A stretch of DNA of 63,505 nt, counting the filler, from Rhabdomonas costata (Eukaryota): the NCBI GenBank assembly GCA_019059605.1. It is 23 parts of 23 records of this genome, joined end to end, with 100 filler letters (N's around TTAATTAATTAA, not from the genome) between each part and the next. Parts side by side here need not be neighbours in the genome. Positions count along the whole stretch, not along the records: positions 47,024 to 49,686 come from JAHMHO010002431.1; positions 49,787 to 52,450 come from JAHMHO010002432.1; positions 52,551 to 55,214 come from JAHMHO010002433.1; positions 55,315 to 57,978 come from JAHMHO010002434.1; positions 58,079 to 60,742 come from JAHMHO010002435.1; positions 60,843 to 63,505 come from JAHMHO010002436.1; 17 more parts are not named here. One strand, given 5' to 3'. The notes under the pieces were generated by a model that saw only the letters and a program-made list of their open reading frames with translations, was not told the origin of the DNA and searched no databases. How positions within the stretch are numbered: the first letter of the stretch is position 1; every line of letters starts with the position of its first letter. Of the stretch, positions 47,297 through 62,151 are shown piece after piece. The translations under genes and the position numbers were made by a program.

Positions 47297-48259
47297 GATC
47301 TTGGCACCGCGGCCGCAGACCACGCAGCGAGCAAGGTGCTGGCCCTTGTACTGGCCCCCTTGGTGGTGGGCTACAGCGTGTACACCCTGCTGCACAAGGT
47401 GTGAATGTGATCTCGAAATGTGGAGGGATGGAGGCAATTGGCATTGCAGCCTAGTAGCGGAATTATTCTTTGGACTCAGTCGCATCTCCAAGGGCTGTGA
47501 AGTACACTTTGTGGACCATTGTATGATGGCCTCCATGCGGAGCCTAAACTATCGGCCAATGGACCCCCAACTCCCTCCCGGTTTTCCTATAAAAAAGGAA
47601 TACCGCGGATGGGGCAGCTGGGCCATCGAGTCCCTGGCCTCGGCGGTGTACGCCGCAGGCTTCATTTTGATGACTCCGCAGCTTTACATCAACTACAGGG
47701 TAGCTGAGCGTTCTTCTGTCTCTCTCTCTGCCCAACTACAGTATGCCTCGCATTATCCCCCCTCCCAAAAAAAACTCTCACCACGCGAATGAAAGAAAAA
47801 AGACATATGGTTTTCAGCATAGTTTAATGCCCGGGGCCTTCGTGTTGCAGCACAATGCCAAGCGCCCAGCGATATCCCACTCGAATGCACCCGCGCATCC
47901 ACCCTTCAATGTCAAACCTGCTTGCGGTGGGTGGCACCAATTTGGGAGCAGTTTATGGGTTGCTTTGTCGGCCGCAGCTGAAGTCCGTGGCGCACCTGCC
48001 GTGGCGGGTGTTTGCGTACCGCGCCTGCAATACCTTTATCGACGACTTCTTCATGTTCATCATTAAGATGCCCACCATACACCGCCTTAGCGCCCTCCGA
48101 GACGATGTCGTCTTCGTGGTGTACCTGTACCAAAGGCACCTGTACCCTGTGGACCCCACCCGCAGAGACGAATTCGACACCACAGATACCACGGAGCCAC
48201 CTGAGTCCTGTACGCGTGTCAAGGCTTACGACCTGAAGCCCCAGCATGCCAAGGATTAG
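47297..48259 (+). CDS. CLPTM1: CLPTM1-family membrane protein, 3' exons (47297-47398, 47598-47699, 47978-48259)
   Basis: PLVVGYSVYTLLHK|EYRGWGSW..VYAAGFILMTPQLYINYR|LKSVAHLPWRVFAYRACNTFIDDFF..IKMPTIHRLSALRDDVVFVVYLYQRHLYPVDPTR. Confidence 0.95.
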
Positions 48260-48877
48260 GCTCGATCTTGCCATGACCACCTGCCTCTGGTTCCGGTTCC
48301 CCTCGAGGTCTCCTGCTCACGGATCCCGCGTGCCGCGCCGCTTCCTCGGCTGGATGGCCAGCCCCTCGATCCAATCCAATGACTGAATGACTCCGTGGAT
48401 CATGACATCCATGGTTTCCCCACTGCTGTTGGCAAGGAGACTGACTGACCTTCACACACTGGTGGACTCCGGTGGAATCCGTCAATGCTCTTCCTTTTTG
48501 TGGGGAGGTTGTTTGGGTGAACCCGAAGCTGTTTTTAGAACCAATTACGTGAACCGCGTGTGTGCCGAACTGCGTATTATTCTTCGGGAAGTGGTTAGCA
48601 AGCGTGGAAAAGCGCTGAGTCACCTGTCTTTAAACAACGCCGCCCGAACCTGAGAGAGGTTTGCGGCACTGTTTGATGCCTTTGCTCGCGATGGAAAAGA
48701 GAATGAGGGTTGCATTGGCCACGGAGTTTTACCTGGGTTGAAGAGGTTTTTCAGCCAGCTAACCCGTTTTTTCCCTTCCCGAGTGAGGTTGGATATTTTC
48801 TCTCCATCATAATTTTTGGTTCAACTCTTTCTCGTATTGCTGATTGCAAAATCCAGAGAGAGGCTACCTCAACTGAA

Positions 48878-49686
48878 ATGTCCCTCCTTCCCGAGGACAC
48901 TGTGATCATCAGCTTCCGGTTCCTCGGGCAAAACCCGCAGGTCGCTCTTCGGCTGGTTTGCCGGCGGTTTCGAGGGCTGGTGAATGAGGTCTTCGCCCCA
49001 GACTGGAGGGTTGTGCTCCGCCGCACAAACGTGGCCCTTCAGGACCCCTTGACATTGGAGAGTCTTCCCGCGAGCATTTGGCTGGCTCCGCTAGTGAGAT
49101 TTCGGTGAAAAACAAGGAGTTGGTGAGGCACTTGCTTCAGGTTGAGGCTGATTTGGATGCAAGGGCAACTTCCGGACTGCAATCGATTGCGGCTCCGTCT
49201 TTTTTCCCCAACCTCACCTCCCTGGATGTGAGCTTGAATTCAACCGGTGTTGCTGGAATGCTGGCCGTTGCAAGAACCACTTTCTTCCGCAACCTCACGT
49301 TCTTGAATGTTAGTCGATAACCGGATAGGGGTTGTTCATGCGTTCGCTAAATCCGCTTTCCTCCCGAGCCTTACCTCCTTCCATCTGTGTGTTAACGAGA
49401 TCGGGCCTGCCGGAATGCAGGCGATTGTAGCATTTTCGTTGTTCCCCAACCTTACCTGCTTGAATCTGAGAGACAACGTCATCATGACTGCAGGAATGCA
49501 AGCAATCCTCCCCTTACTTTCCCGAGCTGTCTTTGCTGGATGTGAGCCAGAACGATATCGGGGATGCAGGAATGCAAGCGGATGTGGCCTCCTCGCTCTT
49601 CCCTAAACTCCTGCGGGTTCGCGCTCGACACCGCGGCCGCGCTCATGGGCCCCGTGGGACTCATCCTGGAGACCTTGCACTCCTTG
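48878..49686 (+). pseudogene. Intronless F-box plus leucine-rich-repeat gene with several frameshifts
   Basis: LLPEDTVIISFRFL..LRLVCRRFR, then repeats FPNLTSLDVSLN, FRNLTFLNVS/DNRIG, LPSLTSFHLCVNEIG, FPNLTCLNLRDNVI and LDVSQNDIG spread over changing frames. Confidence 0.8.
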
Positions 49687-51518
49687 NNNNNNNNNNNNNN
49701 NNNNNNNNNNNNNNNNNNNNNNNNNNNNNNTTAATTAATTAANNNNNNNNNNNNNNNNNNNNNNNNNNNNNNNNNNNNNNNNNNNNGGGGGTGGTTTGAC
49801 CGCTGCCTATCTGTGGGAAGGGGCTGAGCTTTTTCCTCACTGCTTTGGTTCAAGGGAGACTTTTGGTCCCGTCTTGTTTAGTGGGGCCAGTGACAGCACG
49901 GGCGTTTTTTTCTGACACATGTACGTGTGGTGGTTCATCCTGTGCTATTCGCTTGCTGCCAGGTTTGAGGAAAGACGTGTCGGGCTGTGAACTGCAATTT
50001 AGAGCGGGTTGCGACATTTCAGTTGGAGTGTCGCTCCGTGAAGCTTTTGTGTTCTTGCTCCATAGTAGTTATATAAGAGTGCCTTACAACATCCGAGCTT
50101 TGGCTGCCTAGATGGGCGGTACATGTGTTTTGTAGGCTATGATTTGGTTTCTGCATCTTCTCCCTCAATCCTCCTCCCTCAACCCCACCCAAGCTGGCGA
50201 CGTTTTGCAGTGCCCTGTTTGATTGTTGACCTTATGTCTCGTGGTGCATGTTGCAACGTCTTCTGCTCACGCTCTCTTCCTGGCACCTCCAATACGCTTT
50301 TCTTCGCCGCTGCCCTCGCCCACCATGCTCCATCTCCAAATTCACTTATTATGGTCGGCGGAACCTAAGAGCTTTTTAGGCCCAGGTCTCTGGCATTGGC
50401 GTTAGCGTGCCAACAATATGCTAATACAGTCCGGAGATGTTTGACCCTTCCCCTCCTTTGACGCAGGAGAATAGAATGCGAAAGTGTTCACAGTCGGTTG
50501 GGTATGAAGATGAGCCCGTGATGTCGTCCTTTTTGCAGGGCAGCCTGCGTCCGTTTTGTCTGCTGCTTCCAGCGCTCCCTTTTTGTGTCAGAAGTCTTCT
50601 TTGTTAACTGTAACTGCTTCCCCGATTTGCGTTGCCCTCTTTTTGTGCGTTGCTCGCGTATCTCACCCTCCCCCTCCCGTCGCCAATTCCCTTCCCGCCC
50701 TGCGGAGAAAAAGGGATTCCACTTGTGCCTTTATTCCTGTGTGTTGCATCTGTCCCAGCAAATGACTGTGAGCCGCAAGTCCTCTGTCGCCAAGGTGAAC
50801 TCTCCCAGCACCCCCGATCTCCTCTCGTAAAGGTTCCTGGAGGCCCCCCAGGAAGGACTTATCTTGCCATTTAGCCTGCCTCCGGTCCTGTATACTGGCG
50901 TGGTCACCCCAAGAATGTGGAAAGGGGGTGGGGCAGTAGTAACACTACATATTTGACATAGCTCCAAGCGTTGTTCTGACGTGTCTAAGGGTCCTAGCCG
51001 ACATCTGTGATGAGTCTCATGGTTTAAGCTAAAAGTGCATGTCGGGGTGTGTTTTGTGAATTGCCTGTCGGAGCTTGTTACGAAATTCCCTGTCGGGGTA
51101 TGTTTTTGATAGCTGGTGGTTGCGCGGGTGTGTTGAGCCGACAAACCACTTTGTGCCCCTGACCGAACCTTGGCGCACACGTCCGGTGACGGGAAACTTT
51201 TTCAGGCCTTTCGAAAAAGCCAGTTGGAGGGGTGTTTTGCGGCTTGTCTGGTGTCTGGTGTATCCAGCGAAATCTTCTTCGCGGGCCTGTCTTCGAACTT
51301 TGATCCGTCTCTACCGTATTGGAGGGCCACTCTTTCTTCTCTCCCCCTCCCTGGGCACTGTCGGCACATTTATGGTCTCCTTATTCGCGCTTTTCGGACT
51401 GGAAAGCTTGGAGGGAAAGACTTATTTCACTGCGCTGTCTCCTTTCCAGTAATGTCTTGGGTCATGTTTGTGGTTGGTGTTGCATGTTTCCCAGGATGCG
51501 GGCCGGCGCCGTAGCCAG

Positions 51519-52083
51519 GTGTCGATGGAAGGGGATGCCCTTGTGCTTCCCCCGCTGGAGAGGTTTGCCGCGGACATCGAAAGTCGCGGAGTAGATCGCC
51601 TGTACACCCAGGCCCTGAAGCAGCGGCAGATCATTCAGGCCAGGATTGATGAGGTTCTGGCTCTTGTGGCTCGTTCCCTCGCTCGCTCGACATCTCTCCT
51701 CCTGTCTAGGGATGACTCCATTCCCCCTTTCCTCGTACCCCAAAGCCGGAGTGCTCAGCTCTCTGCTTTCTCTGAATTCTGGAACTTGGCTTGTGCTGCA
51801 GGGGGTGCTGCAGGGGCAGTAGTCGAGCCGTATTGATTTGCATTGCAATTTTGGCTCCCAACGTTTTTGCCGTTTGCCTTGCCTGCAGATGTCATTGCGG
51901 CTTTCAAACCCTTTTCCTTGTTCCCTGACTGCACAGATCAATCGCCTACCGCCGCCCTCGAAGGTGCTGACGAGGGCACAGATGAAGCAGGTGGCCTCCA
52001 GGCTGTGTGAGAACCACCGGCAGAAGATGGATGTCGTCCGCCAGCAGTACTACCAAAGGATGTACCCGCCGCAGCCGAGGAAG
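51519..52083 (+). CDS. Two exons of an unidentified protein
   Basis: AG/GT-bounded, in phase, host codon usage: VSMEGDALVLPP..VDRLYTQALKQRQIIQARIDE|INRLPPPSKVLTRAQMKQVASRLC..MYPPQPRK. Confidence 0.55.
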
Positions 52084-53432
52084 GTCCCTGTAACACACAC
52101 ACACACTCACTCACACAACCGCACAATCACAACACAATTGTATAGCAGCAAACCAAACGTCCAAACGGACCAAGGAAAGGTGAGGGCCTAGCCCGAGGAG
52201 TGAACTCTGGCAAGATACGCGCTCCGGTGGTCCGTTTTCACACGTATGACCACGTGACTCGTGGCCCAAGGCTCAGAAGCCCCCTAAGAACGTTTTGAAG
52301 CGGCGTAAGCACATCACCTACCAGCACACACAAACCACGAACGTACGCACACGCATGGGACAAGCGCATGCGACAGCAAGTAAAGACCAGTTAGCTCGCA
52401 CTAGTTCTGCACCGCGGCTTGAACTTTGGGGCCCATGCGCCACAAACAAANNNNNNNNNNNNNNNNNNNNNNNNNNNNNNNNNNNNNNNNNNNNTTAATT
52501 AATTAANNNNNNNNNNNNNNNNNNNNNNNNNNNNNNNNNNNNNNNNNNNNCAGAACTGCTTGTGGATGGACGTGTGGTAAAGATAAGTAGGAAGTTGAAA
52601 GTGTACTGGATGGTTATGATGATGATGGTGAGCTAGCTTCTATCGAAGACTACGGAGATCAATGGTATGTGAAAGCATGCAAGTTGTGTGTGGTTGTGGT
52701 TATTTAGGTCTAGACTAGGATTGATGTGGTTCTTGAAGATCAATGTGCATGAGGCAACCGTAGTGTCACAGGCTACGGTGGATGTCTTGGTTGACTATGC
52801 AGGATGTTGAAGAGGCAACGTAGTATTGAAGGTGTTAGTGATGAAGCCACAATTACTTGAAAATAACAAATCAGATGGAAAGGTCATTGATGTCGAAGTG
52901 GTGAGTACATTACAGAAGTATCTTATGTTTTGCAGTTGTCGTACGCATCAGTTTATCGGAGACTGAAACTGATTGTAGGAGGGTATTTAGGTGTCCTGGG
53001 TCCCTCTATGCCCCTATGTCTATCATCATGCACCCCTATCTTGGGGTCATGGAGGGGTCCTGATGTGTAGGTTAGGTGTCGAGGGTCAGCATGTGGACGT
53101 AGGTCAGCTAAGGTGGTCATCTTGGCCCAGCTGGTGGTTCCTGATGTCAAGATGAGGTAGAGGTCAGGTGGTGCGTAGGGAGGGTACGTGGGGGCATGTC
53201 CTGTGGTTACGTGGTGGTGGTGCCCATGGGAGTGTAGGGTGTAGGGAAGCACCCGAGGTACCGATGGTGCTTCAGAGGTGAGGTCTACGTACCACCCTAT
53301 GGTGGGGAGTAGACCGAACCACCACACCTCGGGAGCATACGACACGTAGTGGAGTATGCGACCTGCTCTTCTTTTTTCTCTTTCCTCAGAACGGTTGCTC
53401 TTGTTTTTATGTTGAAATATGTCTTCTTGCAG

Positions 53433-54926
<1,494 letters not shown>

Positions 54927-56412
54927 GTGTGGATTCGTTTTGCGTCCCCCACGGCTTTCCCAGAAAATGGCAACACGGTAACGGGTTTTGGAGAGCTGGA
55001 CAGCTTTTGAACCAAAAGCGATGAGCCTCCACCACCTCCAAAGTTCAAACTGCCAAAAGTGTTTTTGCAAAGTCGCAAGGGCAGCTCCGCTACGTAGTTC
55101 TGAGGTCAATGTCAGGTCTCCGGACAGGTCCGGTCCGGTCCGGGAGTGACCATAGCGGATGTCACCCAGCGAGTAGGGCGAGGTTTTGGGCCGAAGTAAG
55201 TGGTCCACAACCCCNNNNNNNNNNNNNNNNNNNNNNNNNNNNNNNNNNNNNNNNNNNNTTAATTAATTAANNNNNNNNNNNNNNNNNNNNNNNNNNNNNN
55301 NNNNNNNNNNNNNNTGTTTTTTGTGTCGACAGCAGCGGCCTGGGGAACGGGTCCCGCCGGGAAGTATATGCATAGCGCTTGGCTGTGTCAAGTATATGCG
55401 CGCGATCCGACACCATTGCGTCGCTGCACTGCATGGCTTGACATGCTTCTGCGATCTGTTTGTGCTACGCCACGTACTTGCTTGCTGAGTTGAAGGCAAG
55501 GTGTGTCTGTGTGTGTGCCTTGCCAGTGTGTCGGAGACGGCGTATTTCGACTTCCCACTCGGCGGGGAAGCCCACATCAACCATCAACAAATCGTCCTTT
55601 TCACAATGCACATCCGCGGGTGCCCTGGATCCTTTGTTACCACCTTGTTAAGACGCTCCTTTGCTCATCATTATCACTTGTTGGAAAGGAAGACACGGCA
55701 TCGTGGTCGTATCTGTCTTCTTTGTACTCACCTAGGACTTCAATAGATGATTTGCGGAAGTGATGGATGCCAATACGTCGTTAATTGGTGCTCTTGACAG
55801 CTTTACAAATTTGTAACCATACCAGTGGCAAAAGTTTCCAAACGTTTCCAAGACGTGGCAAAAGTTTCCAAGACGGATTTGCAGTCAGTCTCACTCAACC
55901 ACCACAGGCAAGGTAGGCAAGGTACGTGTCAGTTAATCGCAGGCTTTACTTGCTTTACTCCCTGTTGTTTATATGACGTGGTCTGTTCAGGTAGAATTTA
56001 TTAACCTTGACCTATTTGACCTTGGCAATATTTCGCTGCTTTCCTGGTGCCTCGCCACAAATCGTTGTCATTGCCAAGGCTGTATGTTCTATATATACCT
56101 TGCTGTGTATCACGTGCTTAATCAGGTACATTGATCCCAATCATGAATTTTTTGGGGTGCAATAAATGCTCAACACAGCTCAGAATTTTACATTCCTCCT
56201 CGTAAATTATAAAGCCCCGGGAGTATTTGGCCCTGCCCACTAAACTTTTATTTGGCTGTCCCTGCATATGACTGCGTTGATCCAAGCTTTCGGCACTCTC
56301 TTCGACCTGAGTTTCATATCTTCGACGTCGGTTCTCCTTCACTTTGCCAATCAGCTTCGTACAGCAATTTTCCCTTTTTGCGCCTCCAATTTTTGTGCTG
56401 ACCTACACAACG

Positions 56413-57978
56413 ATGAAGGTGCCGCTTTTTGTCGCTGTCCTCATTTACATTGTGATGCCTCTTGTCCCGGGAGTCGTCCTTGCTGCGGTTCTGCAGTTCC
56501 GGGCGAACCAGGCCCTGGGCATCGCCAATGGGGCGGTTGATGCGGCGGACGCAGCCCTCATTGCTGCGCATTCTGCAATAGGCTCTTCCACCACGCCCTC
56601 GAATGCGTCGGGGCAGGCCGCCAGGGCCGGGATGGAAGCCATCGGCAACACGAAGAAGTTCCTTGGCCAGGGAGTTTTTCAGCTTCACACGAAAGCGATG
56701 AAGCAGATGGAGTCGGTGATCAGCACTCGCCTAGACGCCGCGGAGGGGGTCACCAATGGGCTTTGGATGGCCTGGCATCGAGGGTTTCTGGGTACGTGCA
56801 ATCCAGACAACAATGCCACCAGCAAGGTGACGACAGTGCAGTTCATGCAGGAGATTGTGGAGCAGACGGTTTTGTATCCGTCCTTCTTCAAATACATCTC
56901 TTTTGCGGAGCCAAACACCGTGATGCCTGGCAACTGGACTGATTGCGGTTGGGGCAGTGATCCCGACTATGCGTTGTGGACAATGGGGAATGATCAGCGG
57001 TACGTGAGCTGGAGCCTGGATCCCAAACTCAGTGCAGGGAGCTTTTTGGTGAAAGACCCGTATGTTTCGGTGCGAACTACCACTGCTTTCTTTGCTCACC
57101 GACCACAGGCGATGGAGAGGTTCTTCTCCACGGGCCTAACCTGGTTACCGTACGTTCTGTCTGAATTGGTGGAGGGTGTACTACGCCCCCCGCGACTGCT
57201 TCTGACCCGTCTGAAGGGTGCAAGACATGCACTTGAGACGATCGGTGTCTTCATTGTTTGCCTGGAAATGGGCTTTCTGAGCGAACTACTTCACCGCAGT
57301 CTTGTTTCCGAGGTTTCGATTGCCTTCCTTCTGGACCTGACATGGGGCGATGCCGCGGTGATCGCCCACACGTGTGCAGGGGTATCTCTGTTTTACAACA
57401 ACACCGAAAACGGATACCTTGCCCCTGGCTATCTTGTGCCGTCGTTTCCTGAGGCTAAGGTTCAGGCGGCAGTTGCATACCTGCAGTCGACGTATGGAGG
57501 GCTTGAAAACGTGCCTACGACTTTTGGGAGCTTTTCTCACAATGGGACGACGTACTTGGTCAGCACAAGCGTCTTCGTGCGGCAGGGTCTGCAGCTGGTG
57601 GCGTGTCAGCTGACCGCCTTAGATGACTTCCTGGGCACGATCAGCCGTTCCTCGAAGGATCTTTTTCAGGCATTGGCTCAGGGTGACGAGGCCTTAGTTG
57701 CAGCAGCAGCTATGTCGAGCGATTTACGCGAGCTCTCTCGCAACAGCGATGCGCTGATGAAGCAGACGGCCTCTGTTGCTCAGTCTATGACTGTTTCGAA
57801 GAGCGCCAGCATCATTATTCTAGTGGTGGTGATCTGCAGCTCGGTTTTGTTCGCCACTGTAACGGCTTTTCTGATCATTCGGGTGGTGCGCCAGCTATCT
57901 CGTGCTATGCATATGGTTGCCGAGATGGAGGTGGAAGAAGTTAATGTTGTTTCCTCGTTTTCTGTGGAGACCAACACA
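56413..57978 (+). CDS. Intronless two-transmembrane receptor with a Cache-like ectodomain and HAMP start, 3' truncated
   Basis: >520-codon ORF with an N-terminal transmembrane helix, IGVFIVCLEMGFLSELL..IAFLLD, a second helix IIILVVVICSSVLFATVTAFLI, then RVVRQLSRAMHMVAEMEVE. Confidence 0.75.
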
Positions 57979-60900
57979 NNNNNNNNNNNNNNNNNNNNNN
58001 NNNNNNNNNNNNNNNNNNNNNNTTAATTAATTAANNNNNNNNNNNNNNNNNNNNNNNNNNNNNNNNNNNNNNNNNNNNTTCTGCTGTGCTGTTAAGCAAA
58101 GTTGATCTCCTTGGTTTTTTCTTTCAGCCAATGCTGCTGGCCTGTTGGTGCTGCGGCATTGTGTCCACCACTATGTCTTTCCCTATTCTGGGACACTGTG
58201 GATTAGCTGGAGTTACCTGCATCTATTGCATTTGTTGAGACCCTGTAATTCTTTTCTGAATGGATGTACAGGAACCCGCACTGTAAATATTGGGTATACA
58301 AGTGCAGACTGGTTTTCATTGACTTTGAAGTGTGAATCTTTTTTATCTCATTTAGGAATACAGAGCAGATGGAGCGGGCCTTGTGACGCATGGTTGTGCT
58401 CCACCAGGCGGATTTCGGGCTGACTTTGCTGTTTTTCTCCAGAAGGGTGATGAGCATTTCCCAGAGTTTGCAATTTGATGGTTGTTATTGATTATTTCAG
58501 CGGTTAGGCCTGTCCGCGGCGCTGCCGTAGCGGACGGGAGCGTTTTCGTGGACACGCGAACCAAAAAGCAACACATCTGTTGGGTGCGTTCTCGCGTGAC
58601 CGAGGCCTACCAGTCTAGTGCGTCATCTTCTTAACATTTAAATGTTTAACGTTGTCCACCGCTTAAGGTCATGAGAGCGAACGAGACATCAACTCCGCTG
58701 GGGAGCATCGTTTCGGGTTTTATCAAAGTGCAGTATTTGGTATTTGGTTTGCTCTTTCTGAGAAGGGAGGCAGCGGAAGGAAGCGTGGAAAAAAGTTCCA
58801 TGTGATGAATTCATCAAATGTAATCTGGGTTCAAAATCCCAGCAACGACGATGCAGGTTGTTTTTCAGGTTTCCAATGGTTTCAGACTTTTTATAGTTGG
58901 ATTGCGAGGATGTAATGAGTTAAGTGAGCCGTTTGAAAAACTGTTCGCTGATATGCCTTGAGCACCATGTGCGTTGTCTCCACCTGAGTTTTTCCTTCGT
59001 TTTTTGCCCAGGTGGCAAATTTTTTCTATTTTTCTAAATGCTACCTTTCGTTAAATTTCTCTGTTGAGGTCTTTGATCCGGGATTAAGCCCTTCTGCACA
59101 CAATGATGTGCCTTTTCATGGGCCTCGCACCCAGCTTGTTTACGCGCGACGATCTTCATTCTCCAACATTCCCCCAACATTACCTACTACTTCACGTCGT
59201 ACCTGCTGTTCAGTGTTAGTGCTGCGCTGTCAGCTTTGCCGCAGCGTCTGGCTGAAGCAGTCAGCAGCTGCCTAGGGCTCGAGTATTTTTAGAATGCTGG
59301 TGATGCACCATTCGTTGCGCCGATGAAGCCCATCTGCGTAAGGCTTGCCATCTGCGTAAGGTTTGCTATCTTTAGGCCGAGTTGCGGAGACTTTCTTGCA
59401 TCTTCGCGTGCAGTTGCCTCAGCTTTCCGGCGTACGGCCTTCCAACAACACGGGTTTGCCGCACAACACATCAACTTTCCGCTCGCCAAAATGTCATCCA
59501 AGTGATGGCGCGATGGCGAAGGTTTCGCCGCCGCGGTTCTCTGCGTTGAATTCCATGGCCCAGGATGCTGCAGATGTCTGAGATATGTCTCGGATGCATT
59601 TCTTCCTTGATCGATTTTGCATTGTATCATAATCTTCTAAAATGAATGAGAGGTCACACTCAGGTCACTTGTGCACATTAACGGCAGTGAAAGTAGCACC
59701 TACCTTTTTCCTTGTTTTGGTTGTGTTATCATTCTTTTTGAAACGCCAGCTGACGTTTTCTGTCGTTTCAGAGCTTTGTTTACAAATCTTCCTGTTGTTT
59801 TTATCGTGTTTGTCCGCAGCATTTCTCTGCGCGGATGGGCCGGTGGATGCGTTGTTGTGAAAATTGTTGCTCCAAAAACTGATCTGGCAATATCATATGT
59901 GAAATCTCTGCTGTTCACGTTCTCCGCTGCCATCAACACGCCAGTTGTCTTCCTCTTGCCAAATTCCTAGAGTCAATGGAAAATGTGCGTTGTGTCTCGT
60001 CGGGAACGGCCCTGTTCGTGCGTCTCGTGAATGTGCATGCGTCTCGTCAAACAAGAACCACTCATAAAAGCAAAAAAGGAAACCCAGGAAAGGAAAAGGA
60101 AACGCCGGTGCCTTGTGCTGCAACTTCATCGAATTCGCACGATTCTAAAATAATGGAACTGGTCTAGACAGAAACGGAGCGAAGCGAGGCTCACGTACAA
60201 ACGCGACGCGAAGAGAGGACACACACGCGCAGATACGTAAGTACGGCTGTTCGTGACCCTTTGACCTCGGGCACAATAAAAGGCCCGGCGGCACTCCCTT
60301 CAAAAAACTCATTGGTAGCTTTTTTTGTTCCGGAAACGAAGTGTGGTACGAACGTTGCGAAGGGTTTAGTAAGCGGAGCAAACGGAAAATGCCCGTGTGT
60401 TTGTCGGGCCGTCCTTTTTTTTTTTTAAGTTTTTGACCCTCATGAAAATTCCAGTTTTCGGATCCGCGGTCGATTTTTTTCGGGGGGGGGGGATGACCAC
60501 CCGACCACAACGACCGATGAGGTCCGCAGACACAGGCCGAAAATCGGGCCTGGGGCGTTAAAACACCCGGAATTCAACCCAACTTTACGGTTTCGATGTC
60601 GGTGCTGAAAAGGGCTTATGGGCCGTTTCGTGCTGTGAAGGCCGCGCGCCGCCGAAGTCTAAAACCGCGGGGCCCTTCAACGTGTACATTGACTTCGTGA
60701 CGGGACGCGGGTTCTTCGCTTTTTGGAACCGGACACACAACCNNNNNNNNNNNNNNNNNNNNNNNNNNNNNNNNNNNNNNNNNNNNTTAATTAATTAANN
60801 NNNNNNNNNNNNNNNNNNNNNNNNNNNNNNNNNNNNNNNNNNAGATCCGAGGCGCGCTTCGGCGTAGCCCTCTACAAGTGTTTAAGTTGATTTAATATTT

Positions 60901-62151
60901 GAATTTGCATTTCCCCGGTTTCCCTTCGCGCTGTATATGTTTCCATGGTTTTGAGACTGCGTGGTTAGTTAGCTTACTGTACCCGATTCTCTCTGGTGTG
61001 AAGCAAAGCATGCGGAAATCTGTCATGGGGCCATTGTATTGGTTGGGAGCCGCGCAGGTTGGAAAACTGGCTATCTCCCGCCTGTTACGTGGGGCTGGTC
61101 ACAGGTGGGTGTTCCATATGGTTGGCAACACCCATCCTGTGCTGCACTGGTCCGCCATCACCACGGGTGCGGTGCGTGTGGTGGTGTTTCCGTACGAGGA
61201 GTGGGAGCAGGTCACCATTCGCTGCGATCCCGCCGAGGCGGTGTGCAAGAAGGAGGACCTAATGCAACCCTGGAGGATCTGCACCCAGCCTCACTACAGC
61301 TCCCAGGTGGGTCCAGTGGGTCCAAAATTCGCTTTTGCATAATCTCTAAATCAGCCGTTTTTTTCACATCCAGGTGATGCAGGTGGAATGTCCCACTTGT
61401 CTGAGCTGATCCAGGTCCAATGCGGTGGCTTTGTGAGCTACCTTAGGCCTCTGGTGGTTCCTGCACTATGGTCTCAGCCTGCGCTGACCCCATTCGCTAA
61501 ATGTCCACAAGCCCTCAGGGTACCAAATACCTACTACGTTGGAACAAAGCGTATCGTAGTGACGGGTGTAAGAGTGGTAACCTGTAGCACTCCACCGAGA
61601 TAGAGAATAACCCTTGAGTAAGAAGAAAGCTGCTAGGATGCATAAACTACCTGGCTGGGGCCCCTACCAGGTCGTTACGCCACCGCTCCACTCCTAGCTG
61701 TATGAACCCCAAGGATACCACCACTCTACTACGGTGGACGGAACTATCAGAGGGGTGGAGTGAAAATTATAGCTGCCATCTGCTATGCGTGTCTCTAAGG
61801 TCACTGTCGTTTACCCCCACCTAATCCGCGATCGCACCAGGACCTCCGCGTGTGGTTGGCTGGAGTCTTTTTTGCTATCACCTTTATGGAGATAATCACC
61901 AGTCTCACTATCTTTGACACTGGGTACTTTCCGGCTTGCGGACGAATCTCAACTGAATGAAGCGCTTGCTTGCTTATTCTGGTGAAGATCACCTCCTTTT
62001 CCGTACGTCCGCTTTTGCCTCCCATATCTCCATTTTTCGGAGCATGCGTCATTATGTGACCTGCCATTGCACATAGCAACTACTGCGTGAACCCAAAAAT
62101 TTCAGCTCACTGTAATGCATTAAACGGTAATCCCCCACCCCACGGATGCAG

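Noticed and set aside
48240..48259. Genome-wide stop-codon reassignment in the host
   Set aside because: Conserved host exons have no in-frame stops; CLPTM1 ends at TAG, and RPB5 and the Bin3-like gene end at TGA, at the expected positions.
58079..60742. ORFs in contig 22
   Set aside because: No recognisable domain or clear exon pattern; left unannotated.
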